Source: an uncultured Acidimicrobiales bacterium (GTDB taxonomy: Bacteria; Actinomycetota; Acidimicrobiia; Acidimicrobiales; JAHEJN01). From it: DNA of 64,000 nucleotides. Numbering within the stretch: position 1 is the first letter of the stretch; every line of letters starts with the position of its first letter. The stretch lies in assembly GCA_963787285.1 (NCBI GenBank), contig CAWBCM010000013.1, positions 37,562-101,561 on the forward strand, written 5' to 3'. Below are positions 1 through 11,189 of the stretch, in pieces. Under the pieces are notes generated by a model, which made no database searches, was not told where the DNA came from, and saw only the letters and a program-made list of their open reading frames with translations. A program made the translations under genes and the position numbers.

Positions 1-10
1 GCAGGTCGAC

Positions 11-2661
11 ATGGTCGGATCGAGCGAGCGCAGCGCCGACGACGGCACGCCGCTGCCCGACGCCCCCCGCCGGGTCGCCTTCGCCACCGGCAGAATCGAC
101 CTCGTCGTCCCGCCGATCGCGCAGACCCTCGACGTGGTGGCCACGCCGGCCGATCCGACGCTGCTGCCGGGCGACGACACGTCGGTGACCGTCGACGTGC
201 GCGACGCCGACGGCAATCCGGTGCCCGGCGCCGGCGTGGCCGTGGTGGTCGTCGACGAAGCGGTGCTCGCGCTCACCGGCTACGAGCTGCTCGATCCGAT
301 CGACGTCTTCTACTCCAGCGTCTACTCGAACGTGTTCACCGAGTACGTCCGGTCGAGTGTCGTGCTGGCCGACCCCGAGTTGCTGGCCGGTGGAAACACG
401 GTCAGCCCGACTGCGGCGGGAGGCGACGACAGCGCAACCGCGGACTTCGCCGAGGAGGAGTCGGCCGACGAGGCCGCCGCCGAGGCTTCCGGTGCGCCGG
501 TCGCCCGTGACGGCTCGAGTCCGATCACCGTACGCAGCGACTTCGGCGCTCTCGCGGTGTATGCCCCCGAGGAGACCACCGGCACCGACGGCACGGTCAC
601 CGTCGAGGTGCCGCTTCCCGACAACCTCACCCGGTACCGCGTCATGGCAGTGGCCGTCGACGGGGTCGATCGCTTCGGCAAGGGCGAGGCCAACATCACG
701 GCGCGACTGCCGCTGATGGCCCGCCCCTCGGCCCCCCGGTTCCTGAACTTCGGCGATCGGTTCGAGCTGCCCGTGGTGGTGCAGAACCAGACCGACGCGC
801 CCATGGAGGTCGATGTCGCGATCCAGACCGCCAACCTCACGTTGCCGGAGACGGCCGGCAAGCGGGTGAGCGTGCCGGCCAACGATCGCGTCGAGGTCCG
901 CTTCCCAGCGGCGGCCGAGGACGTCGGAACCGCAAGGTTCCGGGTGGCGGCGGTGAGCGCAACGAACGCCGACGCGGCCGAGATCGAGCTGCCCGTGTAC
1001 ACCCCGGCGACCGCAGAGGCCTTCGCCACCTACGGCGTGATCGACGACGGCGCCATCGCCCAGCCGGTCATAGCCCCCGATGGCGTGTTCCGGCAGTTCG
1101 GCGGGCTCGAGATCAACACGTCTTCCACCGCCCTTCAGGCGCTGACCGACGCCGTGCTCTACCTCACCGACTACCGCTACGACTCCGCCGATGGGTATGC
1201 GTCACGCATCATGGCCGTGGCCGCACTGCGCGACGTCCTGGTCGCCTTCGAGGCCGATGGCCTGCCGTCAGCGGGTGAGCTGAACGCGCAGGTCACACGC
1301 GACATCGATCGGCTGGCGGCCCTCCAGAACGACGACGGCGGGTTCCCGTACTGGCAACGGGGCCAAGACTCGATTCCGTGGGAGTCGATCCAGGCGACGC
1401 ATGCCCTCGTGCTCGCCGATGACGCCGGGTACTCCGTGCCATCGGCCACGCTCGCGGCCGCGTTGGCCCATCTCGGCGACGTCGAGAGCCACATCCCGAG
1501 CGACTACTCCGTCGAGGTGCGCAACACGCTGAGCGCCTACGCGTTGTATGTCCGCGATCTGGCCGGCGACGGTGATGCCGCGAAGGCCGAATCGCTGTAC
1601 GAGCGGGCCGGCGAGGACCTGCAGCTCGACGCCTTGGCCTGGCTGTGGCCGGTGATCGACGACGGGGGCAGCCGGACCGCCATCGAGCGCCGCTTCGAGA
1701 ACGCCGCCGTCGAGACCGCGGGCGCGGCGACCTTTGCCAACAGCTATGGCGAGGATGCCTACGTGATCGCCAACTCCGACCGGCGAACCGACGGGGTGAT
1801 CCTCGATGCGCTCGTGACCCAGACGCCCGACAGTGACCTGATCCCCAAGGTGGTGGCGGGGTTGCTCGGCAACCAGGTGCGGGGCCGTTGGAACAACGTG
1901 CAGGAGAATGCCTTCATCCTGTTGGCCCTCGATCGCTACTTCGGCGCCTTCGAGTCGGTGAGCCCCGACTTCGTCGCCCGGGCCTGGCTCGGCGACCTCT
2001 ACGCCGCCGAGGCGACCTTCGACGGCCGTACCACCGATCGTGCGACCACGGTGGTGCCCATGGCCGAGCTCATTGCCGCGGGCGACAGCGATCTCGTGGT
2101 GGCAAAAGACGGGACCGGTCGCCTCTACTACCGTCTCGGCCTGCGCTACGCCCCCGACGATCTGGTTCTCGATGCACGCGACGAGGGCTTCGTGGTCGAA
2201 CGGCTCTACGAGGCCGTGGACGATCCGGCCGACGTGCGCCGCGATGCCGACGGCGTGTGGCGGATGCGGGCCGGCGCCACCGTGCGGGTTCGACTGACCA
2301 TGGTCGCCGACGCGCAACGAACCCACGTGGCGCTCATCGACCCGCTCCCTGCGGGTCTCGAACCCCTGAACCCGGGTCTGGCGGTCACCCCGACCACACC
2401 ACCCGAGGTTTCCGGCGAAGACGCAATCGCCGTCGACCGCGGTTCTGGTGTTGGTGCTGGCAATGGTTCGGGCATCAGAACCTTCGCGACGACCGTGCCG
2501 AGGCGTTCACCAGCTTCCTGCCCGGCGGCACCTACGAGTACACCTACCTGGCTCGAGCCACGACCCTCGGCACCTTCGTGGTGCCCCCCGCCCGGGCCGA
2601 GGAGGTGTACGCACCGGAGGTCTTCGGCCGTTCACCGTCGGCCACCGTCGTGGTGGGTTGA
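11..2661 (+). CDS. alpha-2-macroglobulin family protein, C-terminal ~880 aa (gene continues upstream of the window); frame breaks near 2435-2445
   Basis: ORF is open to the window edge. The translation looks like bacterial A2M (YfhM/MagD-like), including NDDGGFPYWQ. The family C-terminus, QNLRDDRAEAFTSFLPGGTYEYTYLARATTLGTFVVPPARAEEVYAPEVFGRS, lies in the frame of ORF 1888..2661, while the body is in the frame of ORF 11..3001. This implies a 1-nt indel near 2440. The expected thioester position reads YRYDSADGYASR, with no CxEQ. Confidence 0.75.
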
Positions 2662-2730
2662 CGCCGAGCTCTCACGGTTCTGGTGGAGCGGCGGCGTCAG
2701 CTGCCCGATTGCTCCACCAGAACGGCCTGG

Positions 2731-3015
2731 CTACTCGAGCCACCGGCGATCGGAGTGGACCACCTCGATCTCGGGAAACGACCACACGAACCGGTCGACG
2801 TCGTCGATGACCGCACGGGCGAGGCGCTCGGCCGAGGCGACCACGGCGAAGCCGAGGACCGCTGACCTCCATCGGTCCTGCTGGTCGATCTCGGCGCTCG
2901 AGACGCCGAACCGACGACGGGCACCCTCGATGATGGGGTTGATCGTTCGGCGCTTGTCCTTCAACGAGTCGGCATGGACCAGGCGCAGCTCGACCTCGTA
3001 GGCAAGCACGAACAT
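2731..3015 (-). CDS. DUF503 (YlxP-like) family protein
   Basis: 94-aa reading from ATG at 3013-3015: MFVLAYEVELRLVHADSLKDKRRTINPIIEGARRRF... The longer 163-aa ORF has an Arg/Pro-rich N-terminus typical of a GC artefact. Confidence 0.6.
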   Translation of the reverse strand: MFVLAYEVELRLVHADSLKDKRRTINPIIEGARRRFGVSSAEIDQQDRWRSAVLGFAVVASAERLARAVIDDVDRFVWSFPEIEVVHSDRRWLE

Positions 3016-3020
3016 GGGTC

Positions 3021-3503
3021 TCAGCCGTCGGGGTGGGCGGCCGCATGGAAGGCTGCGGCCAGACGGGGCATCATCTCGGCCAGGGTGACCACATCGTCGG
3101 CGGTGAGGTGGTCGAACAGGTGCCGGCGCACCGACTCGACATGGCCCGGTGCGGCGGCGGCCAGAGCGTGAAGGCCGTCGTCGGTCAGCACGGCGAACCA
3201 CCCGCGCTTGTCCTCCTGGCACCGACGACGTTCGACGTATCCCTTGCCCGACAGCCGGTCGACCCGCTGGGACAGACGGCTCGCGGACTGCACCGTGCTC
3301 GTGGCCAGCTCGGACATGCGCATCTCCCGCCCGCCGGCCTCGGACAGATTCACCAGCACCTCGTAGTCGTCGAAGGTGAGGCCGCTTTCCTGGCGGAGAT
3401 CGTGCTCGATGGCCGAGGCGATGCGCTCGGTGGCCTCGAGCCAGCCGCGCCAGGCGGCATCCTCCTCACGGGTGAGCCACGCAACGTCGGCCACTGGGGT
3501 CAT
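3021..3503 (-). CDS. MarR family transcriptional regulator
   Basis: Winged-helix MarR pattern: LTFDDYEVLVNLSEAGGREMRMSELATSTVQSASRLSQRVDRLSGKGYVERR. Start taken at ATG 3501-3503. Divergent from the yceI-like gene. Confidence 0.85.
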   Translation of the reverse strand: MTPVADVAWLTREEDAAWRGWLEATERIASAIEHDLRQESGLTFDDYEVLVNLSEAGGREMRMSELATSTVQSASRLSQRVDRLSGKGYVERRRCQEDKRGWFAVLTDDGLHALAAAAPGHVESVRRHLFDHLTADDVVTLAEMMPRLAAAFHAAAHPDG

Positions 3504-3526
3504 GACGAAGATGCTAGCCGAACCGG

Positions 3527-3570
3527 TTGACATCACTTCAGAATTGAAATAGATTGATTCAAATCTTGAA
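3527..3570 (+). promoter_or_regulatory. candidate promoter and MarR operator in an AT-rich divergent intergenic region
   Basis: TTGACA (3527-3532), a 17-nt spacer, then TAGATT (3550-3555). Inverted repeats TTGAA(3544)...TTCAA(3558-3562) and TTCAA-atc-TTGAA (3558-3570) overlap the -10 region. AGGAG lies upstream of ATG 3596. Confidence 0.45.
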
Positions 3571-3595
3571 ACATTGCTCAACAGGAGTCCCCCCA

Positions 3596-4147
3596 ATGAC
3601 CACCATCGAAACCGCCACCCTCATCCCCGGTACCTGGGTCGTCGAACCCGCTCACAGCGAGATCGGCTTCACCGTCCGTCATCTCGGTCTGTCGAAGGTC
3701 CGGGGACGGTTCAACGCCTTCACCGGCTCCGTGCAGGTCGGCGAGCGGCTCGAGGCCAGCGCCATCGAGGCGGAGATCGACCTGGCCTCGGTCGATACCA
3801 ACAACGACCAGCGTGACGAGCACCTGAGGGGTACCGATTTCTTCGACACCGACGCTCATCCCAGGATGACCTTCGTGTCGACGACCATCGTGAACGACGG
3901 GGAATCGGGCACCATCGCCGGGAACCTCACGATCAACGGCATCACCAAGGCCGTCGAGCTCGAGACCGAGTTCTTCGGTGTCGGTGTCGACCCCTACGGC
4001 GTCACTCGTGCCGGCTTCTCGGCATCGACGGCCATCAGCCGCAAGGACTTCGGCATCGACTTCAACGTGCCCCTCGGTGGCGACAAGGTGCTCATCGGCG
4101 ACAAGGTCTCCATCGATCTCGACGTGCAGATCGTTCCCGCGAGCTGA
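3596..4147 (+). CDS. YceI family (polyisoprenoid-binding) protein
   Basis: Translation WVVEPAHSEIGFTVRHLGLSKVRGRFNAFTG...DTNNDQRDEHLRGTDFFD...ISRKDFGIDFN is a typical YceI-like lipocalin fold. Start ATG 3596 follows an AGGAG. Confidence 0.85.
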   Translation: MTTIETATLIPGTWVVEPAHSEIGFTVRHLGLSKVRGRFNAFTGSVQVGERLEASAIEAEIDLASVDTNNDQRDEHLRGTDFFDTDAHPRMTFVSTTIVNDGESGTIAGNLTINGITKAVELETEFFGVGVDPYGVTRAGFSASTAISRKDFGIDFNVPLGGDKVLIGDKVSIDLDVQIVPAS

Positions 4148-4229
4148 TCGTAGGGAATCACCCCGCAGCACCGGCGCCGGGTGTCGCCGACGCCTTCCTC
4201 CGGGCTCGACGGCACCCGGTTCTGCGCGT

Positions 4230-4853
4230 TCAGCTCAGGCCGATCACGAGCAGGGCCTGCGCGAGGTGGTAGGTGACATGCACCGCCAACCGACCGCCCG
4301 GAGCCGGCCCCACGAAACGGCCCCAGCCGAGGAGAGAATCCGACGCCAGGAACAACAGCGCGCCGGCGGCCAACGCGTAAGAGCCGGTGGCATAGGCCAC
4401 GACGGTGAGGCCGGAGATCGCAGCGAAGTACACGGCCACCGGCACGCGTAGGTTCGCCGGTGCGCCTCGAAGCACCGGAACACCCACGACTCGCAGATCG
4501 ACGGAAACGATCGCGGTGGCGATGATGGCCAGTAGCAACGAGCTCGTGTGCGGCAGCATGCCGATCACGTAGGCGACATGGCCCAGCAGAAACGCACCGA
4601 GACCGACGACGAAGGCATCGAGTCGGGGCAACAGGGCGACGTCGCCGACGAGGCACAGGACGAGCGCCACCACGAACCACCACCGCATCGCGTTCGATGC
4701 CGGGTCGATGGCGACCGCGGCCGCGATCAGGGCAAGCATCACGAGCGGCTTCGCAACCGCCTCGAGTCGGTCGTTGCCGAGGTGCACGGCGCGCCAGTCG
4801 GCGGCCGCCGCGACCGCCGCAACGATCAGCAGAATCACCGCAACCGTGGTCAC
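4230..4853 (-). CDS. YhhN family lysoplasmalogenase-like membrane protein
   Basis: Multi-TM protein with YhhN-like segments (LVLCLVGDVALL, FLLGHVAYV, LFLASDSLLGW). Probable GTG start at 4851-4853, just after the stop of the upstream gene. Confidence 0.65.
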   Translation of the reverse strand: MTTVAVILLIVAAVAAAADWRAVHLGNDRLEAVAKPLVMLALIAAAVAIDPASNAMRWWFVVALVLCLVGDVALLPRLDAFVVGLGAFLLGHVAYVIGMLPHTSSLLLAIIATAIVSVDLRVVGVPVLRGAPANLRVPVAVYFAAISGLTVVAYATGSYALAAGALLFLASDSLLGWGRFVGPAPGGRLAVHVTYHLAQALLVIGLS

Positions 4854-4857
4854 CGCA

Positions 4858-5482
4858 TCAGTCCAGAGCCAGCTCTGCGTCGTACTCGTCGGCGAGCGAG
4901 GACCGCATCGCCTCGGCGTCGCCACCGTGCTGGCAGCTGAAGATCTCGGCCAGGTCGGGAGCATCGGCCAACGCCGTCCACGACTGGGGCTTCCACAGAC
5001 CGCTGCGGCGGAACGCCTTGGCGCAGTGGACGAAAACCTCGGTGGTTTCGACGACCACGGCGAGCTTGGGCATGCGCAGCTCGGCGGCGAAGCCCGACAG
5101 GATGGCCGCGTCGGTCGTGAGTCCCGCCGGACCGTTTATCCGCAGGGTCTCGTCGTGGCCCGGGATGATCAACAACAGCCCGACCTGCGGATTGGCCACG
5201 ATGTTGCGAAGGCTGTCGAGGCGATTGTTGCCGTTGAGGTCGGCGACAGCGACGTGGCGGTCGTCGAGTCGCTGGACGAAACCCGGTGGCCCGCCTCGGG
5301 GCGAGGCGTCGACCGAGCCGTCGGCCGACGCCGTCGACAGGACGAGAAACGGACACCGATCGATGAACCGGGCCGAGGCCGCATCGATTTCCGACTGTCG
5401 ACTTGGCCGCCACCCGATCCGACGGTGGCCGGTAGAGGGCGAGAAGGTCGTCGAGGGACGCAACGGGGGAAGGGAGATCCAT
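4858..5482 (-). CDS. pyridoxamine 5'-phosphate oxidase-like (PPOX class) FMN-binding protein, with an apparent frameshift near 5390-5405
   Basis: The body, FIDRCPFLVLSTASADGSVDASPRGGPPGFV...LLLIIPGHDETLRINGPA, is in ORF 4858..5463. The expected N-terminus, MDLPSPVASLDDLLALYRPPSDRVAAK, is in ORF 4850..5521 from ATG 5480-5482. The two frames join at about 5390-5405. Confidence 0.6.
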
Positions 5483-5499
5483 CGGCGAAGTCTTGCACC

Positions 5500-6363
5500 C
5501 TAGGCCGGCAGCGGCACCCAAGGATCGTGATCGCCCGGCACGCGGGGAAAGGTCTGGGCCGACCAGTCGGCCTTCGCCGCCTCGATGACCTCACGATCGC
5601 TGTGCACGAAGTTCCACCAGATGAAGCGCTCTCCGAGTGGTTCGCCTCCCAGAACCACGGCCCGCCCGGAGCCGCGCACCTCGGGGCGGGCCGTGGTTTC
5701 CAGGACGGCGAGCGCCCCGTGGCCGAGGAGCTGTCCGCCGACGGTGAGATCGCCGTCGAGGGCCAGAACCGCTCGTTCGGAGTGCTCATCGTCGACGGTG
5801 ATGACTCCGTCGGCACCGAGATCGATCTCGGCGAGCACCAACGGTGACGACACCTCGACGGGGGACGTGAGCCCCCACCCGGTTCCGGCGGCCAAGCGCA
5901 GTCCGACGCCGCCGACGGTGTCGACCGGGATGGATTCGGCCGGATGGTGTTCGAAGAACGGAGCCGTGTCCTCGGCGCCGTCAGGGAGCGCAACCCAGGT
6001 CTGGAGGCCGTGTTGGCGCCGGGCGACGGGCCGGTCCTCGTCGAGGCTGCGTTCGGTGTGGGCCACACCGGCTCCTGCGGTCATCCAGTTCACCGCTCCC
6101 GGCTCGATCGTGGCCACTGCGCCCGTCGAGTCGCGGTGCTGCATACGCCCGGCGAACAGGTACGTGACCGTCGACAGGCCGATATGAGGATGGGCGTCGA
6201 TGTCGGTGCCGGATCCGGGCGGCACCTCTTCGGGACCGATGTGATCGACGAAGATGAACGGCCCGACCATGCGTCGCTTCCGCCACGGCAGCAAGCGCTC
6301 CACGGTGCCGTTGCCCACCGGGCGGGTACGCGGTTCGACGATCAACTCGATGCCCGAAGCCAT
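5500..6363 (-). CDS. pirin family protein
   Basis: 287-aa intact ORF with the pirin cupin signature: RMVGPFIFVDHIGP...DAHPHIGLSTVTYLFAGRMQHRDSTG...NWMTAGAGVAHTE. Confidence 0.9.
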   Translation of the reverse strand: MASGIELIVEPRTRPVGNGTVERLLPWRKRRMVGPFIFVDHIGPEEVPPGSGTDIDAHPHIGLSTVTYLFAGRMQHRDSTGAVATIEPGAVNWMTAGAGVAHTERSLDEDRPVARRQHGLQTWVALPDGAEDTAPFFEHHPAESIPVDTVGGVGLRLAAGTGWGLTSPVEVSSPLVLAEIDLGADGVITVDDEHSERAVLALDGDLTVGGQLLGHGALAVLETTARPEVRGSGRAVVLGGEPLGERFIWWNFVHSDREVIEAAKADWSAQTFPRVPGDHDPWVPLPA

Positions 6364-6447
6364 CTCGCAACGCTACCGGTCGTGCCGGCGCCGAACTGCG
6401 GGTGGTTCGACGTTCAAGTCGATCGGGAACCCTGACGATACGACGAC

Positions 6448-6846
6448 GTGGAATCGCGGGCGAGAACTCGCGCCCCCTGGCGGCGCTCCCTGGCTGTCGT
6501 CGCCGTGGTGGTGGTGGCCGCCACGGCCTGTGCCGACGACGACTCCGGACTGCGCTACGAGCTGACGGAGCCGGGATGCGACCTCGACGCCCACATCTGC
6601 CAGCTCCTCGACTCGATGAGCGACCAGAACTCCCGTTACTACGTCACCACCTACGAGGGCCTCTACGACCGCCTGGCCCCGAACTCCCTGGCCGAGCTCG
6701 ACCGGCAACAATGGGTCGTGCTGTCCGAGCCCGAGGACGATCTGTTCCTCGACACGCCGACGCCGACCCCCACCGGACCCGACACGTCCACGGTCGGACC
6801 CGCACCGGGCCCGGCCGCCGGCTACGGCCGCAACGGGTCGATGTAG
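6448..6846 (+). CDS. hypothetical lipoprotein
   Basis: Signal-like N-terminus with a lipobox (VVVAATAC-ADDD) and a Pro/Thr-rich tail. I recognised no family. Confidence 0.4.
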   Translation: MESRARTRAPWRRSLAVVAVVVVAATACADDDSGLRYELTEPGCDLDAHICQLLDSMSDQNSRYYVTTYEGLYDRLAPNSLAELDRQQWVVLSEPEDDLFLDTPTPTPTGPDTSTVGPAPGPAAGYGRNGSM

Positions 6847-6896
6847 GGCCCACCGGCCACGGGCCGGGTGAATATCGGTGATGCTTTGGTCGACGC

Positions 6897-7289
6897 GTGC
6901 CGGGATCTGTAGGCTCGGTGCCCGTGTCGGACTTCCTCCGCAGTTATCTCACCGTTGGCCTGTTCGGCGCGTTGGCCGTCGGCTTGGTCGGCGCCTTCAT
7001 CGGCCTGTCCAGCCTGGTGCGGCCCACCCGGCCGCAGAGCCAGAAGTACATCAACTACGAGTCGGGCGTCGATCCCGTCGGCACCGGCTGGGCCCAGGCC
7101 AACATCCGCTACTACGTGTTCGCGCTGTTGTTCGTGATGTTCGACGTCGAGGCCGTGTTCATCTTCCCCTGGGCCACGCGGCTCGAGGCCTATGGTCTGT
7201 TCGGTCTGGTCGAGATGTTCATCTTCATCTTCATCCTGTTGCTCGGCCTTCTGTACGCATGGCGCAAGGGAGTTCTTCGGTGGATCTGA
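6897..7289 (+). CDS. nuoA: NADH-quinone oxidoreductase subunit A
   Basis: Contains [40 protein letters not shown]. The start is uncertain, with GTG candidates at 6897, 6918 and 6924. Confidence 0.9.
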   Translation: MPGSVGSVPVSDFLRSYLTVGLFGALAVGLVGAFIGLSSLVRPTRPQSQKYINYESGVDPVGTGWAQANIRYYVFALLFVMFDVEAVFIFPWATRLEAYGLFGLVEMFIFIFILLLGLLYAWRKGVLRWI

Positions 7290-7320
7290 TGTCAACCAGC
7301 CAACTCGAGGTCACCGACTG

Positions 7321-7821
7321 ATGGGTCTCGTCGAGAGCGGCAAGGCCCCGGCCTCGCTCAAGAAGCTGCTCAACATCAGCCGCAAGTACTCGCTCTGGGT
7401 CTACCAATGGGGCCTGGCGTGCTGTGCCATCGAGATGGGAGCGGCCTTCGCTTCGCCCCGATACGACGTCATGCGCCTCGGGGTGATTCCCTTCCCGGCG
7501 TCGCCCCGCCAGGCCGACCTCGTGGTGATCTCGGGCACGGTGACCGACAAGATGGCCCCCGCCATCCTTCGCCTCTACGAGCAGATGCCCGACCCGAAGT
7601 ACGTCATCTCGATGGGCTCGTGCGCCAACTGCGGCGGGCCCTACTGGGACAGCTACTCCGTCACCAAAGGCGTCGATCAGATCATTCCCGTCGACGTGTA
7701 CGTCCCCGGCTGCCCGCCACGACCCGAAGCGCTGCTCGAGGGCATCGTGTTGTTGCAGCAGAAGATACTGAACGAGGATCCCGCCGAGCGATGGAAGGGT
7801 GATCCGATTGTCGTCGGCTGA
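7321..7821 (+). CDS. nuoB: NADH-quinone oxidoreductase subunit B
   Basis: Contains [10 protein letters not shown]...[11 protein letters not shown]...VPGCPPRPE, the ligands of cluster N2. Start ATG 7321. Confidence 0.95.
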   Translation: MGLVESGKAPASLKKLLNISRKYSLWVYQWGLACCAIEMGAAFASPRYDVMRLGVIPFPASPRQADLVVISGTVTDKMAPAILRLYEQMPDPKYVISMGSCANCGGPYWDSYSVTKGVDQIIPVDVYVPGCPPRPEALLEGIVLLQQKILNEDPAERWKGDPIVVG

Positions 7822-8482
7822 CACCACGGTCGAGGAGGCCGAGGCCCCGGTGGTCGACACGGCGCGCAATGCCGCGGCCGCAGCCTTCGTCGACGCGCTC
7901 GGCGATGCGGTGGTCGAGTCGTTCGTGAAACCCGGATGCGACGTGATCATCCGCGTCCGCACCGATGCGTGGCGCCAGGCCGCCGACGCGGCCCGCAACG
8001 GCCTCGGCTTTCGGTTCTTCGACTTCCTGTCGGCCATCGACTGGATGCCGTCGCCGTTCGGCCGCGACATGGATGCCGAGCAGGACGCCGGCCCCGGCGA
8101 CGCGTCGGCTGCCGCCGAACCCATCGTGCAGGGCTACGGCGGCGGCGAGACCCGTTTCCAGGTCCTGGCTCGTGTGTACTCGCTGTACGAGCACGTCGGC
8201 GTCACCCTCAAGGCCGACGTGCCCGACGACGACCCCCGCATCGAGAGCTGGATCTCCGTGTACGGCGGCGTGAACTGGCACGAACGGGAGGCCCACGAGA
8301 TGTTCGGCATCGAGTTCGACGGGCATCCGGGACTGCGTCACCTGTATCTGCCGGGCGACTTCGAGGGACACCCCTTGCGCAAGGACTTCCCCCTCGTCGC
8401 CCGCCGGGTGAAGCCGTGGCCCGGCATCGTCGACGTCGAGGGCATGCCCGGAGCCGACGACGACGAAGGTGACGACTCATGA
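7799..8482 (+). CDS. nuoC: NADH-quinone oxidoreductase subunit C
   Basis: Contains [42 protein letters not shown]. The GTG start overlaps the end of nuoB, so the exact start is uncertain. Confidence 0.9.
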   Translation: MIRLSSADTTVEEAEAPVVDTARNAAAAAFVDALGDAVVESFVKPGCDVIIRVRTDAWRQAADAARNGLGFRFFDFLSAIDWMPSPFGRDMDAEQDAGPGDASAAAEPIVQGYGGGETRFQVLARVYSLYEHVGVTLKADVPDDDPRIESWISVYGGVNWHEREAHEMFGIEFDGHPGLRHLYLPGDFEGHPLRKDFPLVARRVKPWPGIVDVEGMPGADDDEGDDS

Positions 8483-9654
8483 CCGCGCCGACCGAACCCC
8501 AGCAGCTCGCCTACATCGCCGCGCAAGCGGCCGATGCCCGCGTGAACGTCGACGTCGAGACCGGCGACGGGATGATCCTCAACATGGGTCCCCAGCATCC
8601 GGCCACTCACGGAACGCTTCGCATCGTCGCCAAGCTCGACGGCGAACAGGTCATCTCCGCCGAGCCCATCATGGGCTACATGCACCGGGGCTACGAGAAG
8701 CTCACCGAGGTGCGCACGTACCCACAGGTCACCACCCTGGTGAACCGCATCGACTGGCTCGGGAACTTCGCCAACGAGGTGCCGTTCATCCTCGCGGCCG
8801 AGCAGCTCATGGAGGTCGAGGCACCGCCGCGTGCCCAGTACATCCGCACGATTCTGTTCGAGATGAGTCGCGTGGCCAACCTGGCCCTGTTCCTGGGCGA
8901 CATGGCGGTGCAGCTGGGCGCAACGACGCCGGTCTTCTACGCCTTCCGCGATCGCGAACACGTGCTCAACCAGATCGAAGCGGTCACCGGCGGTCGTTTC
9001 CATCCCAACTTCGACCGCATCGGCGGCATCAAGGACGACCTGCCCAAGGGTTGGATCGACGACACCAAAGCCGTCATGGGCAAGATGCGCACCTTCTGCG
9101 ACGAGATGGAAGATCTCGTCGTCGGCAACGAGATCTTCCAGACCCGCACCCGCGGCATCGGCATCATTCCCGCCGACACCGGGCTCGAGTACGGGATGTC
9201 CGGCGCCAACATCCGGGCCTCGGGGGTCGACTGGGACCTGCGCAGGGACAACCCCGTCGGGCTGGCCTACGACAAGGTCGACTGGAAGGTCTGGACCCAC
9301 CCCGACGGTGACAGCTTCGCCCGGTACTGGGTGCGCCTCCAGGAGACCCGCGAGGCCACCCTCATCGTCGATCAGCTGCTCGACTCCCTCCCCGCGGGTC
9401 CGATCATGGCCAAGGTGCCCCGCATCATCAAGGTGCCCGAGGGCGAGGCCTACGTCGCCACCGAGAACCCGCTCGGCGAGATGGGTTACTACGTGGTCAG
9501 CAAGGGCGATCTCGTCCCGTTCCGGGTGAAGATCCGGTCGGCCTCGTTCTCGAACATCTCGATCACCCCCTGGTTGCTCCAGGGTGTCTATGTTCCCGAC
9601 ATCATCACCATCCTGGCCAGCCTGTACTTCATCCTCGGAGACATCGACCGATGA
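8479..9654 (+). CDS. nuoD: NADH-quinone oxidoreductase subunit D
   Basis: Intact 391-aa ORF with [14 protein letters not shown]...[12 protein letters not shown] overlap with nuoC. Confidence 0.95.
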   Translation: MTAPTEPQQLAYIAAQAADARVNVDVETGDGMILNMGPQHPATHGTLRIVAKLDGEQVISAEPIMGYMHRGYEKLTEVRTYPQVTTLVNRIDWLGNFANEVPFILAAEQLMEVEAPPRAQYIRTILFEMSRVANLALFLGDMAVQLGATTPVFYAFRDREHVLNQIEAVTGGRFHPNFDRIGGIKDDLPKGWIDDTKAVMGKMRTFCDEMEDLVVGNEIFQTRTRGIGIIPADTGLEYGMSGANIRASGVDWDLRRDNPVGLAYDKVDWKVWTHPDGDSFARYWVRLQETREATLIVDQLLDSLPAGPIMAKVPRIIKVPEGEAYVATENPLGEMGYYVVSKGDLVPFRVKIRSASFSNISITPWLLQGVYVPDIITILASLYFILGDIDR

Positions 9655-10686
9655 CCTCCGTTCTCGCGGTCGAGCTGTCGTACTGGCAGGAAACCGGCAT
9701 CCGCATGGTCATCGGGCTGGCGGCGGTCCTGCTGCCGGCGGGCACGTTCGTGTACGTGTACCTGTTCAAGATGATGTCGTTCATGCAGAGTCGTCTCGGA
9801 CCGATGGAGGCCGGGCCCTACGGCTCGATGCAGCTGCTGGCCGAGGTCGGGAAGTTCTTCCAGAAGGAAGACATCATCCCCGAGCGGGCCGACCGTCCGG
9901 TGTTCAAGATGGCGCCCTTCGTGGTGCTCATCTCCACGTTCTTGTTGGTGTTGGTGCTGCCGGCGGGGCCCGACGCGTACTTCGTCGATCTCGACGTCGG
10001 CATCTTCTTCGCCCTCGCCGTGTCGCTCGATCTCGGTGATCGGCATCCTCATGGCCGGCTGGTCGTCGGCCAACAAGTACTCGCTGCTCGGGTCCTTGCG
10101 TGCCACCGGTCAGCTCATCGCCTACGAGCTGCCGCTGGTGCTGGCGGTGGTCGGCGTGGTCATCCAGGCCGGCACGCTCAACATGCAGAGGATCGTGCTC
10201 GCCCAGGCCGACGGCGAGATCTTCGGATGGGGTGCCATCGGCAACCCGTACATCCTCACCCAGTTCGTCGGCTTCGTCCTGTTCCTCGTCGCCGTGCAGG
10301 CCGAGCTCACCCAACCGCCCTTCGACATGCCCGTCGCCGAGTCCGAGCTCGTCACCGGCTACCTGACCGAGTACTCGGGCATGCGGTTCCTCATGTTCTT
10401 CATCGGCGAGTTCGCCACCGCCGGCGTGTTCTCCGGCATCGCCGCCGTGCTGTTCCTCGGCGGTTGGTGGGTGCCGGGCCTCGACTCGTCGAGCAACTGG
10501 TTCAACGTCATCGGCCCCGCCGTGCTGTTCGGCAAGATGATGCTGGTCTCGTTCCTGATCTTCTGGTTCCGGTTCACCTACCCTCGGTTCCGGGAGGACC
10601 AGCTCCAGAAGCTGGCCTGGAAGGTTCTGATCCCCATCGCCCTCGGCAACATCGTCGTGACTGCTGTCCTGAAGGTGGCCCTCTGA
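9651..10686 (+). CDS. nuoH: NADH-quinone oxidoreductase subunit H, with an apparent 1-nt insertion near 10027
   Basis: The N-terminal part is in the frame of ORF 9651. The remainder, [36 protein letters not shown]...[15 protein letters not shown], is in ORF 10036..10686. Removing one c in gtgtcgCtcgatctcg restores AVSSISVIG. Confidence 0.85.
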
Positions 10687-11189
10687 TGCCCAAGCTCCCC
10701 GGCATGGTCACCGGTCTCGGCGTCACCATGAAGACGATGCTGCGCACCGCCCAAGACGGTGCCGCGACGGTGCAGTACCCGCACGAGAAGGAGGAGCCGG
10801 CCCCTCGGGCCCGTGGCGTCATCGCGCTGCACGAGGAGAACTGCACGGCGTGCATGCTCTGCGCCCGTGAGTGCCCCGACTGGTGCATCTACATCGAGGG
10901 CCACAAGTACCTCGCCCCGCCCCGCCGCGAGGGCGGCAAGCCCCGCCAACGCAACGCCCTCGACCGCTTCGACATCGACTTCTCGCTCTGCATGTACTGC
11001 GGCATCTGCGTCGAGGTCTGCCCGTTCGAGGCCCTGTTCTGGAGCCCCGAGTACGAGTTCTCCGAGCCCCGCATCGCCGACCTGCTCCACGACAAGGAGC
11101 GCCTCGGCGAGTGGATGGAGACCGTCCCCGACTTCGAGGCGTACGAGGCCGGCGCCGAGGTCAAGAAGAAGTCGGTGCCGGCGACATGA
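10686..11189 (+). CDS. nuoI: NADH-quinone oxidoreductase subunit I (2x[4Fe-4S] ferredoxin)
   Basis: Contains [12 protein letters not shown] and [15 protein letters not shown] 10686 overlaps the nuoH TGA stop. Confidence 0.93.
   Translation: MPKLPGMVTGLGVTMKTMLRTAQDGAATVQYPHEKEEPAPRARGVIALHEENCTACMLCARECPDWCIYIEGHKYLAPPRREGGKPRQRNALDRFDIDFSLCMYCGICVEVCPFEALFWSPEYEFSEPRIADLLHDKERLGEWMETVPDFEAYEAGAEVKKKSVPAT

Noticed and set aside
7289-7321. 10-codon mini-ORF ([10 protein letters not shown]) between nuoA and nuoB, with TGATG overlaps at both ends.
   Set aside because: It is too short to evaluate. nuoB has a plausible ATG at 7321 and a complete N-terminus, and there is no evidence that it is more than chance.
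7799-7821. 23-nt overlap between nuoB and nuoC.
   Set aside because: It probably reflects uncertainty in the nuoC start codon (the GTG at 7799 is the first in-frame start) rather than a real unusual overlap.
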